From NCBI GenBank assembly GCA_025201805.1, contig MU619303.1, positions 1 through 64,000 of the forward strand: DNA of 64,000 nt, given 5' to 3'. Each line of letters starts with the position of its first letter. Within the stretch, counting starts at the first letter, position 1. The position numbers and the translations under genes are program-made. This document shows positions 39,786-53,134 of the stretch, piece after piece. The notes under the pieces are model-generated. The model was not told the DNA's origin and did no database searches. It was given only the letters and a program-made list of their open reading frames with translations. The stretch is from Parasitella parasitica NRRL 2501 (Eukaryota; Fungi; Mucoromycota).

Positions 39786-41702
39786 TGTTCAATAAGTGAT
39801 CCTACGCAAAAGAAGGAAGGATATCAAGTAGATCTACTGCGGTTACTAACCAGAACGTGGATCGTGTTGGAGGCATCTCAAAGGCATCGGTCTTGTGCGG
39901 ACGAGCTGCATCAAGTCAATGGTTATTCTCGGTCCGGAAACTTTATAATGAAAAAATCATTTGGGTTTTTTGTCCATCTAATTTGAGCCGCTAGATGTTT
40001 TAATTATCCTTTCTATAATCCTTGCCACGTTAAATTTAAATGGATCTTTTTTTTACTTTCATATAATGTAGTATCCAAGCGTATAAATCTGCTCCTTTCC
40101 CACAAGTTGTCGGTTACGGGTTCCAGCTGAAAATATGGTAGTGGTGATACATTTAAAGACAGCAGTAGTTGGCATTTTTTCCTTTCTGGCACTACATTTT
40201 GCGATCTTTTGAAACTATTTAGTCGATTTATCGATAGTTTCTTCAAGAATTGGGTGATATGCGTCAATTCGTTTGCTGAAGGATATTTAGAAAAGTAGTT
40301 TTTAAATGGTTTTTCAATAAACAAAAAAAAAACAAAAAAAAAAGGCAAACACATCTTTTACTCTAAATCACATTTTCGATTAATATTTACGATGGAAAGA
40401 GGCCGAATTTGCACAATAGCGATGCAAATTCAATAGAAGAACTACATAAAGTACAGTCTAAGGATTGCCCGAATACTGTAAAGTGTGGTCGCATTACTTT
40501 ATAGAGAGTTCAAACCATTTCTTTGGCAAGGTACTTACCTATATAACTATTAAAACCCTCGATATTAGTACTATATTATTAGAGATATTTAAATCATATG
40601 AATATCTTCATTTTCGACTGAAATAAACATTATTTCAATGGATCTAAAAATTAATGGTATGGCAGGAAAGATGGGAAATTGGGTTTCAGTGAGCGATACA
40701 ACAGCCTGAGAGATTAATATAGAGAATGAAATAACTTATATAGTTTGACAAAAGATAGCATATACAAAATTGACTAATGAAAAGGGCATGTTTAGGCACA
40801 TTTAAATAAATGCAAAGGCTATAGTAATGTATGGATGCTTAATTTTAGGTTTTACCAGATCAAAGAGTATATTTTAAAGAGCACAAGAAGGTATCTGGAA
40901 GATGAAGGTAATGTGGGCTTCAAGTAAAGATATGATTGGGCATTGATAGTAAAGACTGAAGAGAATTTTGGCAATATAGATGGTGACAATTGACCTTTCA
41001 CAAGCTTGATCCTAATGCGTTGTGTTACAAGCAGCAAAAAAGAAATATGGTGTGTTGTATTTGTACCTTCATATGCTACTGTAAGTGCATGCCAATACGC
41101 CGCCATGTTATTGTTTGATTCAATTAGGCTCTCCAGTGTACAGATTAGCTTTAGCCAATCAAAGTCAAAACGCCCCTTCTGATCAGCAGATTTCATGGAA
41201 AGTCAAGAATAACAACAATGAGACAGTGATAGTGTTTCTGGATAATAAATCACTATCCAAGTGTTTGCTGTAAAGTATATTTTATCAATGTAAAGCACGA
41301 AACGTATGCAGATACATAAAGCTGACAGGAGAACTAAATGCGTTCTTGGGCTAAAATAAATCAGCATGTATACAACAGCAGAGCCATAATATGTGGAATA
41401 ATAGAGAGTTTCCAAAATATGTATATTATAACCACATCTGTTGTATGACAAAGAGATCAGAATCAAAGAGCTTTCTGTACGTTCTGTTCTTAAAGTCGAC
41501 CCCACCTGTTTAAGCGTGTGGACTGGAATATTTCTATGATTGGCTAATTATATTAGATCAAGAAACGCCAGAACTTTTTTAGGATATTCATAACATACAT
41601 ATACAAATATAAAAGAGATCAAAGACTGAAGTCTCGGTATTGCTTGAATCAACCCCTCTTTTTTTTTCTTCTTGTCTTTATCTTTTTTCTCATCATTTAC
41701 AC

Positions 41703-43379
41703 ATGGAGCCTGGTGAGTATACTTGGATTTTCGCTGTTGCCATGGTAGTGGCGTTTGCAGATGCGTTTGGCATCGGTGCAAATGATGTTGCAAACTCATT
41801 TGCCACATCAGTTTCTTCAGGCTCGCTGACCTTGGCCCAAGCCTGTATTGTTGCTTGTTTCACTGAATTTGGTGGTGCTGTGTTGCTAGGTGCTGAAACG
41901 GCCGAGACAATCAAAGGTGGCATCTTGGCAGTTGAGAATTACGTTCAGCAACCTGAAATGCTCATGCTGGCCATGTTTGCTGCTCTCATCGGTTCCGCTT
42001 TTTGGGTGATAACTGCCTCTCGATATGGCTGGCCAGTGAGTACTACTCATTCCATTGTTGGTGCTATTATCGGTACTGGTATCGCTGCGTTTGGCGTTGA
42101 CTCAATTGACTGGGGCTTCAGCGGCGACTTCTCGGGCGTTGCTCAAATCATCACCTCCTGGTTTCTTTCGCCCGTTGCAGCTGGCATTGTTGCTGCCATC
42201 ATTTATATGATTACAAAGTATGCCATTTTGCGCCAAACAGAGAGCTTCAAGTGGGGCATTCGATTGGTCCCTATCTACTTTTTCTTTACTGCTGGCATCG
42301 AAGCCTTTTATATCATCTACAAGGCTCCTGGAGGTGGATCCAAAGAAATGAGTATTGGCACTATTGTCGGTATTGCTGTTGGTGTTGCTGCATTCTGCGC
42401 TGCCTTTGGTCAATTCTGTTTCTGTCCTTGGGTAGTCCGCAAAATCAAGGGAAGAGAAAACCTCAAACTGTACCACATGTTCTACATTTTCCTCGTCAAG
42501 AAGCAGCCGACTATCGATGAACTCATCGCTGCTGAAGAACGCGTCAACTCTCGCCCAGTCTCTATTCACTCTGCTACCGCTGCCGGCAATGACCACGAAG
42601 CCTCTGTCGGTACTGAAGTTGTCGCATGTGCCGATGAAAAGCTGAAAAAGTTAGATTCTGATAGTGAAGTTGTTCAAAGCGAAAACATAGCTAGTGCTCA
42701 AGACGCGGTCGAGGGTACATTCCTTGTTAGAAAGTTTCAGCTTGCAAAAGCCAAGTTTTTGGGTGTTGCTTTAAATGGAATTCGTCAAGATGTTAGAAAT
42801 TTGGACAACAACAAGCTTGCTCATGTTCATCAACACGCTGAAATCTTTGAAGACGATGCTGAGTATCTCTTCTCTTTCTTGCAAGTTATCACTGCATGCA
42901 TGGCCTCTTTTGCTCACGGCTCCAACGATGTCTCCAATGCTGTTGGTCCTATTGCTTCTATTTATGAGGTTTGGGTCAGTGCTCGTGTTGACATTACTGG
43001 TAAAGTTCCTATCCCTATCTGGATTCTTGTATATGGTGGCGTTGGTATCGATCTTGGTCTGGCTCTTTTAGGCTACAGAGTCATGCGTGCTATGGGCAAT
43101 AACATTACCTTCTTTACGCCTTCTCGCGGTTTCTGTGCCGAGTTAGCTGCTGCTCTTACTGTTCTTACTTGCTCCCAAATTGGTTTGCCTGTTTCCACCA
43201 CTCATTGTATCACTGGCGCTTCTGCAGCCATTGGCCTATGTAACACGAACGGCTGGAAGGCTGTCAACTGGAAAATGCTTGCCTGGTGCTTCTTTTCTTG
43301 GTTCATCACTTTGCCTGTTGCTGGTCTTGTTGCTGGTCTTGCGTTTGCTGTCATGGCAAATGCGCCTCATTTTGTGTAA
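41703..43379 (+). CDS. PiT-family inorganic phosphate symporter (Pho89/Pho-4-like), intronless
   Basis: GIGANDVANSF, PVSTTHSIVG, FAHGSNDVSNA, TPSRGF, PVSTTHCITG. Confidence 0.93.
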   Translation: MEPGEYTWIFAVAMVVAFADAFGIGANDVANSFATSVSSGSLTLAQACIVACFTEFGGAVLLGAETAETIKGGILAVENYVQQPEMLMLAMFAALIGSAFWVITASRYGWPVSTTHSIVGAIIGTGIAAFGVDSIDWGFSGDFSGVAQIITSWFLSPVAAGIVAAIIYMITKYAILRQTESFKWGIRLVPIYFFFTAGIEAFYIIYKAPGGGSKEMSIGTIVGIAVGVAAFCAAFGQFCFCPWVVRKIKGRENLKLYHMFYIFLVKKQPTIDELIAAEERVNSRPVSIHSATAAGNDHEASVGTEVVACADEKLKKLDSDSEVVQSENIASAQDAVEGTFLVRKFQLAKAKFLGVALNGIRQDVRNLDNNKLAHVHQHAEIFEDDAEYLFSFLQVITACMASFAHGSNDVSNAVGPIASIYEVWVSARVDITGKVPIPIWILVYGGVGIDLGLALLGYRVMRAMGNNITFFTPSRGFCAELAAALTVLTCSQIGLPVSTTHCITGASAAIGLCNTNGWKAVNWKMLAWCFFSWFITLPVAGLVAGLAFAVMANAPHFV

Positions 43380-43903
43380 ATCCTTTCACAAACTACTTGT
43401 ATTATTAAATTCATGCAATCTTGCACACTTTGAAACATATTAATTATTAAAATAAAATCTAATCTACTCTACTTTATCCTATAATATAGGTACATGTTTA
43501 AGCTTATTAGCGCTAAATGTATACATTTAACGTTATTTCATACTGAACGTTTGAATTTTATCATGAGTTTCATTCATCGAACAAAGAGCAACACATACGT
43601 ACTACTAGCGTCATTTCACAAATATCCTACTATACCATATAAATCCTCAACCTTAGGGTTCCAGAACAACAGGTTACTGAACAATGATGATGATGAAGAT
43701 CATTCATCATTGAAAGGGGGTTGGGGTGGAGCCAAATAATAAACAAAAGCACGTTTTACAACATTTGTCCTACGCTCGTGGCTTCAACTTATGATATTTG
43801 TTGCACCACTGGCAAGTCAATAAAGTACAACTTGTAATGTGCACGCCATCTTTTTCTTTTCTTTACGTTATCTATTACAAAAAACAAAAAACAAAAAAAA
43901 AAC

Positions 43904-46290
43904 ATGGGTCTTTTAAACTTGGGTGGTCTTTACAAAAAGAAAAGCAAAAAAACTGAAACTGTACCTACCCCTGTGACCCAAGTCGAGCCGATTGTGTTGA
44001 AATTAGACCTCGACCTGAACAGCTCCCCCTCAATTCCAGATATCAATACCATAGCAACAACTACGTTACCACAGCAACAACGGAACGTTAGCAATAGCAA
44101 TGCACCTGCTGGATCAGGAAGTCTGTTTGACGATATCTTTGCAGAATTGACCACAACTAGCATTGCTCAAGTAGACCAACAGGGTAAGTCTTTAAAATCG
44201 ATTGTTTACATTAACTAGTCTGTATTAAATAACATAAAGACTCGATGCAAAATGACATTTCCTTGGCTATCGCCCTATCGCAGCAACTTCAATTAGAGGA
44301 GGACAATAGCACAACTGTGGTGACCAACACTCCCAAGAAGAAAGGTGATGCCATGTCGAGTAACAGGGAGAATAAAGCATCCAATTTCTTTCTAGGCGGG
44401 GACAGTATCTACAGCAATTATTCGAAAAAATCTTCAGCATTAGATGGTAATAACGGCCAACCCAATTCAGCGTTCTCAACGTCAATGTTTGACAATTTAC
44501 TCGGTAGTAGTAGTCGAGACATATCCACATCTTCTATTTCTGCTGCAAATACGAATAACACCAAGTTCAGAAGTACCACGCTTACTGTTACTACAAACGT
44601 CGTGCTAGACTCGGATATTTCAGACCCTGACGAAGATGATTCACAAAATGAAAGCCAAGATGGCGATAGACACCTACAAAATGCCGATAGAAATCAGCGT
44701 GTGACAAAAGCTGTGCGGCCCATTATGGAAAGGAAATCACAGCACGATCGACTCTTGGTTCAACATAAAGCTGATAATTGGGCCATTCGAGTAGACCCAG
44801 AAGCTAATCGAGTAGAATCAAACGAATCCGTGATTCATAGAATGAAAGATAGACATAGAAATCAAGTAAGATTAGCTGCGTTAAGACAGCAACAACAAGA
44901 TCAACAACAATACGATATGATGCCCCGCCATATGGTGACACAACCTTATGGCCCATTGCCACCAAATGTCGTATTACCACACCCAGGTATGCTCATGGAT
45001 CCAACCCAAATGTACTTTTCGACTCCTTTAAATGAGCATATTTCAAAAACACCCGGATCCAAGACAACAGCGGCGCCACCTGTTCCTGTACCATTACCTG
45101 CAGGATTTTTTCCAAATCCAACACATGCGACATTGGCTATTTCTCAAAATAAAGGGATAGAGAAGACTGATAAACACACGACACCACCACAGCGACAACT
45201 ATCAGCAAGACCTTTCCCCACACAAAGCTGTTCAACTCCTGCTACATCAGGTCGCCCTAGGCTTAACCTGTCTCCACCAGCAATGCCATTATCAGCAACA
45301 GTCGTGCCACATTCTGCTAATACCAGTAGTAATACAAGCGGCAACATCAACACACAAACACTTGAGCCATCGCCTGCGTCTTCATCGGTCACTTTACAAT
45401 CAGCTCCGTCTTCTCTCCCTACGGATGTCGATGATGATAATATCGATGATAAATCAGCTATCGTTGAATCTCCAATTCAGGAGAACTTTCAGCTCTCAAT
45501 GGAGGAAGACGCTGTTGGAGCTGAAGCTGATGCCGAAAGTAGCGACGATGAAGAAAGAAAGTCTGTCATTATCCGAAAGAAAAAGTCCACCAAAAAGCTA
45601 CTTCAGAAACAACATCAACATGGCACTGATTCGCCGTCTTGTTCGAGTGATACAAACAGCATGAGGAGTCACCAAATACGATCATCAAGATCTGCACCCA
45701 ATCTAAAAAAGAAGCACTCGTCTAAAAAGGTTAGCAAATCGACCAGTCGATCCAGTAGCAGCAGAAATTCACAAGAAGCTTGCACGCCACCTTCTGAATT
45801 GATTGCCACTCCCCCTCCATTGCCTAGTAAACACCAAGAGCAGCTTCACTACCATTTGCCCCGTTCGCATAGCCATCAACAGCAGCAATATCACCATCTA
45901 CAAGACAGACACCGTCATAGTCAACCATTACGACACATGAAGAGCGCATCTGATTTTCCCAGAGGTCAGCATCTTTCTGTCCAACAGCAGCAATTGAACA
46001 ATGAGTGGGAACGTATGCAATACTATCATGGCCATAGTGTACCGCTCATTTTACCGAACAATCAACAACAACAGCAACCAATGCCATATACAATGCCCAT
46101 GTATTCTTCTCCTCTATATTATTCTACGATACCACGACCAATCATGCCATACACAACTAATATTACCATGGAAGCCTACAATCCACAACAAGACAATGCG
46201 CTTCGTGCCAGTATGGTGGGTGGGAACGGTAATATGATGGTGTACCAATCTCCTCCACCACAAGGCTATCAACATTATTCCTTCCAATAG
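43904..46290 (+). CDS. Hypothetical low-complexity (S/P/Q/H-rich) protein with a UIM-like motif
   Basis: Exons 43904-44183 and 44240-46290 join in frame; NDISLAIALSQQ. Confidence 0.75.
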
Positions 46291-46499
46291 ATGTTTGTAC
46301 GTTAATCCGAATAAAAATTTAGGCTTTTTTTTTAGCCCCTATGTTGTATATGTATACATGTACATGGTACTCACGATTTTGTTCTTTATATCTCAGAAGT
46401 TAATTAGTGCATAAATTGATTCCAAAGAAGAGGCATATATCATTGTCTATTAAGTGTTTATTATTTATATATAAAAAAAAAAAGAAGAAACATTGATGT

Positions 46500-48202
46500 T
46501 TAATGAGTGCCACATGTCATCAAAGACATAAAACTATGCCAGAATCCACGATGTTCATGTTTGTTATTTTCATGGTCATAACTGTCTGAAATTCCATGGG
46601 TGGGTCCAGACATTTTCTTGTAGGCATCATCCGCATTAGTTGTTGTAATTGCAGCAGTGGGAATTTTTGGCATAGGTGTATTGTTGACAGTGTTGGTAAC
46701 GGGTAAAGGTGGGATATTATTAGTACTAGTATTTTGGGATATCTTTGGATGTGATGCATGTCGTTTTACAGAGTTGGGCGTGTTGGATCGACGAGATTTT
46801 GATTGCTCGTCTTTAGCTTGGCGTTTACTCTCGCGGGTTTCCAGTTTTCCGTTCAGCAACCAGTCGTAAACACCATCATCAGATTCGCCGAGACGACGAA
46901 GCACTTTATTGAAAAGCTCTCTTACAAAGTCGTAATCTGGCGATTCTTCAAATCCCAGTTTACGAACATATTGTAAATAAATGCCGAATTCTTCAGGAAA
47001 CCCTTCACACAGTTCTTTAATCGGTGTCGTCTGTTTCTTTTCACCAATCCGTTCGTACTTTTGCTTGTTGGTGGCTGCTTTAAGTCCTTGCCAGGGCAAG
47101 GAGCCTCTTAAAAAGTACATGAATACATGACCCAAGGATTCTAAATCATCTCGTCTTGATTGCTCTGTTCAAACAAAAGGTTAGAATAATGTGCTGCAAA
47201 GAACAAATATTTAAAGAGGCGAGTAATATGCATCTGATCTAGCCAATCAAGAAAGGTGTACCTCTTTCCAATTACGTAAATTGAAGTTTTCCCAAGGTAC
47301 ATGATGGGAGAAAGGGGAGAGAAAGAAAAGGACCCAGGGAAGGTAAAAGTGCAGCGTATTGTATATAAAGAAAAAAAAAAAAAGAATAAAATAGACAATA
47401 TTTACCTCTTCCTAGATGAGTATTGATGCTCATATATCTGGCTGTTCCCGACAAATTTTTATGTTCTTGGTAGGGTACATGTACTTTTGTCTTTGGATCA
47501 CGATATAGTTTCGCCATTCCGTAATCAATCATAAACACCATGTTGGCATATTTGGTTCCTGGACGACCAATTAAAAAGTTATCTGGTTTAATATCTCTAT
47601 AAATCAAATTTCGTTCATGGACGCTTTCTACACGGTTGATCTAGGGAATACATGTAAGTTAATGAGCAACGGAACAAAAAGAAAAAATTAAATTTACCAT
47701 TTGTTTGGCCAACATTGCAACTGTTTTCACCGAATGCTTTCTTCCACACATGTCAAATAAATCCTCCAGACTTGGCCCTAATAAGTCAATCACTAGAATG
47801 TTGTGCAATCCCTCTTGGCCATAGTAATAAGCACTCGGAACACCGGCTGCAGGTTCCGTTTCAAGAAAATGGACGTTTAGTATGCTATAGTCAATTTTGG
47901 TGTGTTGCTACATTACGTAAACCAGCCAATACTTTGTAGGTTCTGTATTCACTTCTCAGCTGTGGCGCATCTGATTTTCTAGGCTCGAATTTAATAGCTA
48001 CTAATTGATTATTCAACAGGTTCAAGCCTAATTGTATTGTTGTTAGCTGACCAATCATATTCGAGTACTCGAGCTACCTGCCTTCGTAAAGTACACCAAA
48101 ACTGCCTTCACCCAACTTTTTACCCACTCGGTAGTGTACACCTACAATGTTTGCCGACGGTTTAGATGGATTCTTATGTACTGGTGATTGGTGACCGGTC
48201 AT
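46500..48202 (-). CDS. Casein kinase 1, gamma/Yck-Cki type
   Basis: [57 protein letters not shown], and a C-terminal Cys (LMTCGTH). Intron 1 is GC-AG. Confidence 0.93.
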
Positions 48203-49515
48203 TTTAAACAAAATCTACACTGTTCTTATATCTCTCACACACTACTGTTGTTGCTATTTTTTTTTTTCTTTTTTGCTGCTAAATGCTGCTTCAAATTGCT
48301 TTGAGGGTATTTAAAAAAGAAAAGAAAATATAAAAAGAAAAAAGAAAAAGGACAAAGGGGAAAGGAAGAGAGGGAAAGAGAACAGAGAAAAAAGAACAGA
48401 GAAAAAAAAAAGGGAAAAAGACCAAGAAGAAAGAAAAGGAGAAAAAAGGGGATAATATCACTCTTTTTTTAACTGCTATTAAGCATTTTCCAAACTATAC
48501 TATAGCAAATAAGCAAGTTCTTCTACTTAACTATAGGTGGGATGAAGGCGGAGAAGATAAACCAGACTACTTTATTGATACAACAGGGTAAAGAAGTTGT
48601 TGAGGAAAATGAAAAGAGTTACACTCGTTGTTATTTCTGTAGGACAGGTCCTTCTTGGTGAACATATTGAGGTAACATTTGCAAAATACTGAGCTCCCTA
48701 TCAAGTTCAATTTAACATTTAGGCTTTATAAATATACAATGTAGCATGTTATGCTACATAATGAGCTCCTTGCCATGAACTATAATAAATGAAGACGATT
48801 CAGGCAAAAGCATGGAAATATACAGGCATACGTGATAGACTGAATACATGTTTGTTTATGCATTGGATTACAATATTTATTATCAGGGCAAAGTCTTGTA
48901 AATATAATAATATATATAATCCGTATAAAAATAGATCCACTAACGGGACTAATCATTATCTGTTTTATACTCATCTTCTGCCATGTACACCAACAAGAGT
49001 ATTCGGCTTGCATCCGTTTGATGTCGGTACGAACTTTCTTTGTATCTGCATAATACTCTCCAATACGCGCAAATTTAAACTTAAAACCAACTTGGGCCAT
49101 ACATGTATATCACATACATGTAGTCAGTCGATCTTCTGTAGTCGCAATGTTGTTTGTTGTTACACTCATTAATATCAAATAAACTAGAAAGTTGTTGTTA
49201 GAAGAAGCCCTTTTTTAGTATATATACATTGCAAGGTTCGAAATAATGAAAAACCTCATGTTAAAAGCGTTGCACACATTTGGTTGCAATTATCTAGAAT
49301 TACCTGCTTGATCTGCCGAGGTCTGCTTGGTACATTCACATAAGGAAAATAATGTTTTAAGCTTTATTTCGTTTTACTACTACAATGAATATGTACATAT
49401 GCTCAATGCTAGTCGGAAGTATGGACAAAGATATACGACAAGGTGCATTGCGTATCATGATGTTGTATTTGTATGCAAATCACGAGGTAAAACGTTTATC
49501 TTTATTAAGCTTATT

Positions 49516-52500
49516 TTATGTATTAAATAAACATCTTGCTACTCTCTGATCGTCATCGTAAGCTGTATTATCTTGCAGATAGTCATTTTCATCATAATCA
49601 TCACTGCTAGTATTGCATTCGGAAGACGAGTAGAGTTCCTGATCAAACACCTCAAAGAGCTTGAAATGATAATTGCTACTATCATGCTTATCATCAAACG
49701 AGAGCCATTTCTCGGCTGCTTTTTCTTGTACGTAGAACAAGCGAGACACTATCTCATCCTGCGTTTGCAACTGCCAATCTTCATTTCTTTGTTCCTCTTC
49801 TGCTGGCTCCTCCAATGATAGTGGTCGCAGATAGGTTCTGCTATTCTGAGTACCGTCATACCGGAACAGAGGTGTCAAATTTTTCGGTTTAGGGGGAGAT
49901 TTCCAAGTTTCTTCGCGCTTTTTGTTGTGCGTAGGCGTGATGGTCAATGGCATAGCGGGTCTGAATTCTGCATTAAGCTCTTGAATGTATAGTTTATTGA
50001 TTTCAAAAGTCAGCTCTTCGGGTGTAAATTGCTGCTCATTATCGTGATTTGAAGGATATGGAGACGAGGGAATCGGCGTATCGCAGCCAAACAGCTGTGT
50101 TGGCTCCTGCTCTTCTTCTTGATCTGCATTAAGTACCTCAGTTTCCAACCAGGCGTTATAATGATTGAAAAAATCAGCATCCAATTCAATAGAATTATAA
50201 TCGAGAGACTGATCTAAATCGTAATCTTGAAAGCCATTGAAGCCCGGTCCACCCGACGTACTCACTTCATCATGAGCAGGCAAAAACGACGGCATGTACC
50301 TCTCGCCATTGTAAATTTGAGTTAATATACGTAAATTTTGCTCTTCCGTCTTCAAATATCGTGTATGATGTGAGCATGTATGTGCAATAAAATGGTGATG
50401 TATATATACATATTAAACTCTACCTTTCCATCATCTACGTCTTCATCAGCATTAAGTTTGCTTATCCAATCATCCTGCAAAACTGTCTTGCAGTTTAAAT
50501 AAATAGCAGATATGATCTTCATGTTCTCTGATTATGTGATACATTAAGTACGCATTTTTAATTCACGAGTTGCCAACTTACGAGACTTCCATTTACGTCC
50601 AAGAAAAGGAACCTGGCTCTTGAGTAGCTTAAGCACATACTGCTCTAATACAGGGTGGGATATTTTCAACAACCTTTTTAAAATGGCCTAGTATAGACGA
50701 GATTAGCACACTCTCCATTAAACAATAAAATGACATATGCTTGCTTACTGCTGACTTATACTGCACTAGAAGCATGATGCGATGTGATTTATGCTTGGTA
50801 AGCATTTGCAGGATTCGCAAATGATTGATTGAGCAATACATGTTTCTACAATTTGTGTATAAACCTTCCTCTTTCTTATCGTCTGCGACAACTCGGTTGA
50901 TGTTATAGTCGAAAAAACTGTAGTATGGCACATCTGTACGCGTGCTGACCATTTCGGTTACTTCTTGTAACCCGATCATCTTTAAAATAAGGAGCATGCA
51001 GCCAGAATCTGCCAGCAACTGGGAGATGTACTCATATTTAAGCACATCTAAACGATTTGATGAGTCGATCGCCAGTTTCTTTAAATTGGTTGGAATGCAT
51101 ATGCTTACGAGATGATTTGGACCATTTGAGTAGTAGCAGTAAAATTCCAGATATTGCTTTAGAGTAGATTTCTCGATTTCGTTTTATATCAGCCTCCTCC
51201 AGATCCTCTAATGTAACTATATCGCCTGAGCTTTCAAATTTCTCTTTGCTATCTCGCTCTTCATTGCTCCTATTGCTTGCTGTGTTGGGCGACACGGATG
51301 TCAACAGCAATTTAAGAAGTACTACAATGACATTTTGAAGTTCAGGCAAAATTTTCGCGTATAGCCCCTCCATCAAGGTCTGTTTCTCATCATCAATATC
51401 CTCCTCTGTTGATTTGTTCCTATCCTGCCATTTGTGGATACCTTTTGATCTTTCTTTTATGACTTGAAAATTCGCCAGCGATACATGCATATTCGCAATA
51501 TAGGCATTTCCTGCCTCAGAAATGCTTTGTGGGACGTCAGACCCTGTATGCGATAGTGGTAGTGGAAATGCAGGAGACACATAAGGAGAAGAGGGAAAAT
51601 AATTCTGTAGTAGATGCTGCTGCTGTTTGTTCTTTGCGCTGTTGACTATCGACTTTGGAGGAAACAGTGTCTGGTACAATAATTCGACATTGTCAACTGC
51701 ATTGGCGTAGCCCATGGCTTCTGCTAATCCAGAGGAAGCATTTACGGTCATTGGAGAAGCTTCTTTAAACGGGAAATTAGGCGGTGTGTAGCCTGGATAC
51801 TTTTTCGTGATTTCATGTTGGAATAATAGCAGATCTTGTGGGGTGCATTTGGTGATAATAGACGCTGTTCAAAGGTTAGGGAATAATATCAATAGTCATT
51901 TTATCAGTATATACCTTTGGTATCAAGCCCCATTGCCTCCTTCAATGCCATTGCGGATGATTTGACACATTTTAACCCACCAGACATAAACAACAAGGAT
52001 TTCCAAAGCAGCAAAACTGTCTGTTTTAGACATAGTTAGACCTCCGTAGCTCTCTGAATTAAGCTCCCATACCTTTCTTATAGGAAACTGTTTATCTGGC
52101 AGTCTCTCTCGAAGTTTGGCCAACAATAAAAACAGAAATTCCATTAGGTTTGGCTCTAATGTCACTAATGCATCAAATAAATACATTGTTGCATCTCATT
52201 CAAAGCCATAACTATACTTTACCAAGTTCATTTCTGAAGTTTTGACTTGATTCTGATGGGCTCTGATGTCGTTGCGATTCCAGTAGCAGATAGATTAACG
52301 TAATATACAAATCTATCTCTGCATATATAGCCATCATATTCCTTTGTCTACCTGACTGCATAAATATCATGTTGTACAAAGCTTGTTTATCAACATTATA
52401 CTAACCTATTGATAAGACTATCGTGATATTCAGCGCAGGATTGCTGCAGTTTTTGAAAAAATATAGTAAACGCACCATGGGAGATCAAAATGTTATTATT

Positions 52501-52944
52501 GCGTATCAATCTGTCTACACGTTGCAGTTTTGTTTCCTTTTGATCTGTTGTAAAACATCCAAGTGCAAAGTACGTTATGTGTTTGCAGGTCTGTAATCGC
52601 AATTCCTGATCTTTGAATTCTAGTCCGTCTAATAACGTAGTTATCTGATCTACGGCGCTGATAGGGAACTCTTTTTCAAATGACCTTCGATAGTCTTGCA
52701 ATTGAATAGCAACTTCCGTATGACTGAAAAATTCGTTGATTTCGTTTTCAAACGAATCAGAATCGCTATTGTATTGATAATCGTCATGTTGATGCTATTG
52801 AGACAATAGGTCGTTAAGCAGAATCAACAGTAAAGCGGGAAACCTTACTTTAACCTTCCCAGGCAGGTTTTCGACGATCTTCCGTAGGTTACCTGGTGCT
52901 AAGATAGGGTCAAAATACTCTTGACCAGCGTCTTTTTGAGTCAT
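49516..52944 (-). CDS. FAR11: STRIPAK subunit Far11/STRIP (N1221 + DUF3402)
   Basis: YNSDSDSFENEINEFF, FPIRK, RNREIYSKAISGILLLLLKW, EYISQLLADSGCMLLILK, LVQYKS, GRKWKS-NMKIISAIY...DDW; multi-exon. Confidence 0.85.
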
Positions 52945-53055
52945 TCTCAAAATATATGAATGAAAGAAGAAAAACGTTGTATCATTTCCTTAGTTGATTG
53001 CATAATAAATGATTTAGGGAGATGATCTTCCTAATGTCGGATTCAAAGGTCCCAG

Positions 53056-53063
53056 CACGCGTG
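53056..53063. promoter_or_regulatory. MCB-like element (CACGCGTG) in the 190-bp divergent promoter between FAR11 and the CAF-1 subunit gene
   Basis: ACGCGT at 53057-53062, between ATGs at 52944 (-) and 53135 (+). Confidence 0.4.
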
Positions 53064-53134
53064 ACTCTTCAGGTGATACATCTTGGTTGAATTAAACTAT
53101 TTTTCTCTGTTATTCAAGGCATCAAAAAGCTAAT

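Noticed and set aside
48960-49060. Minus-strand KPNTLVGVHGRR resembling the CK1 N-terminus (ANIVGVHYR)
   Set aside because: The match is short, ends at a stop codon and is followed by no kinase sequence; probably chance.
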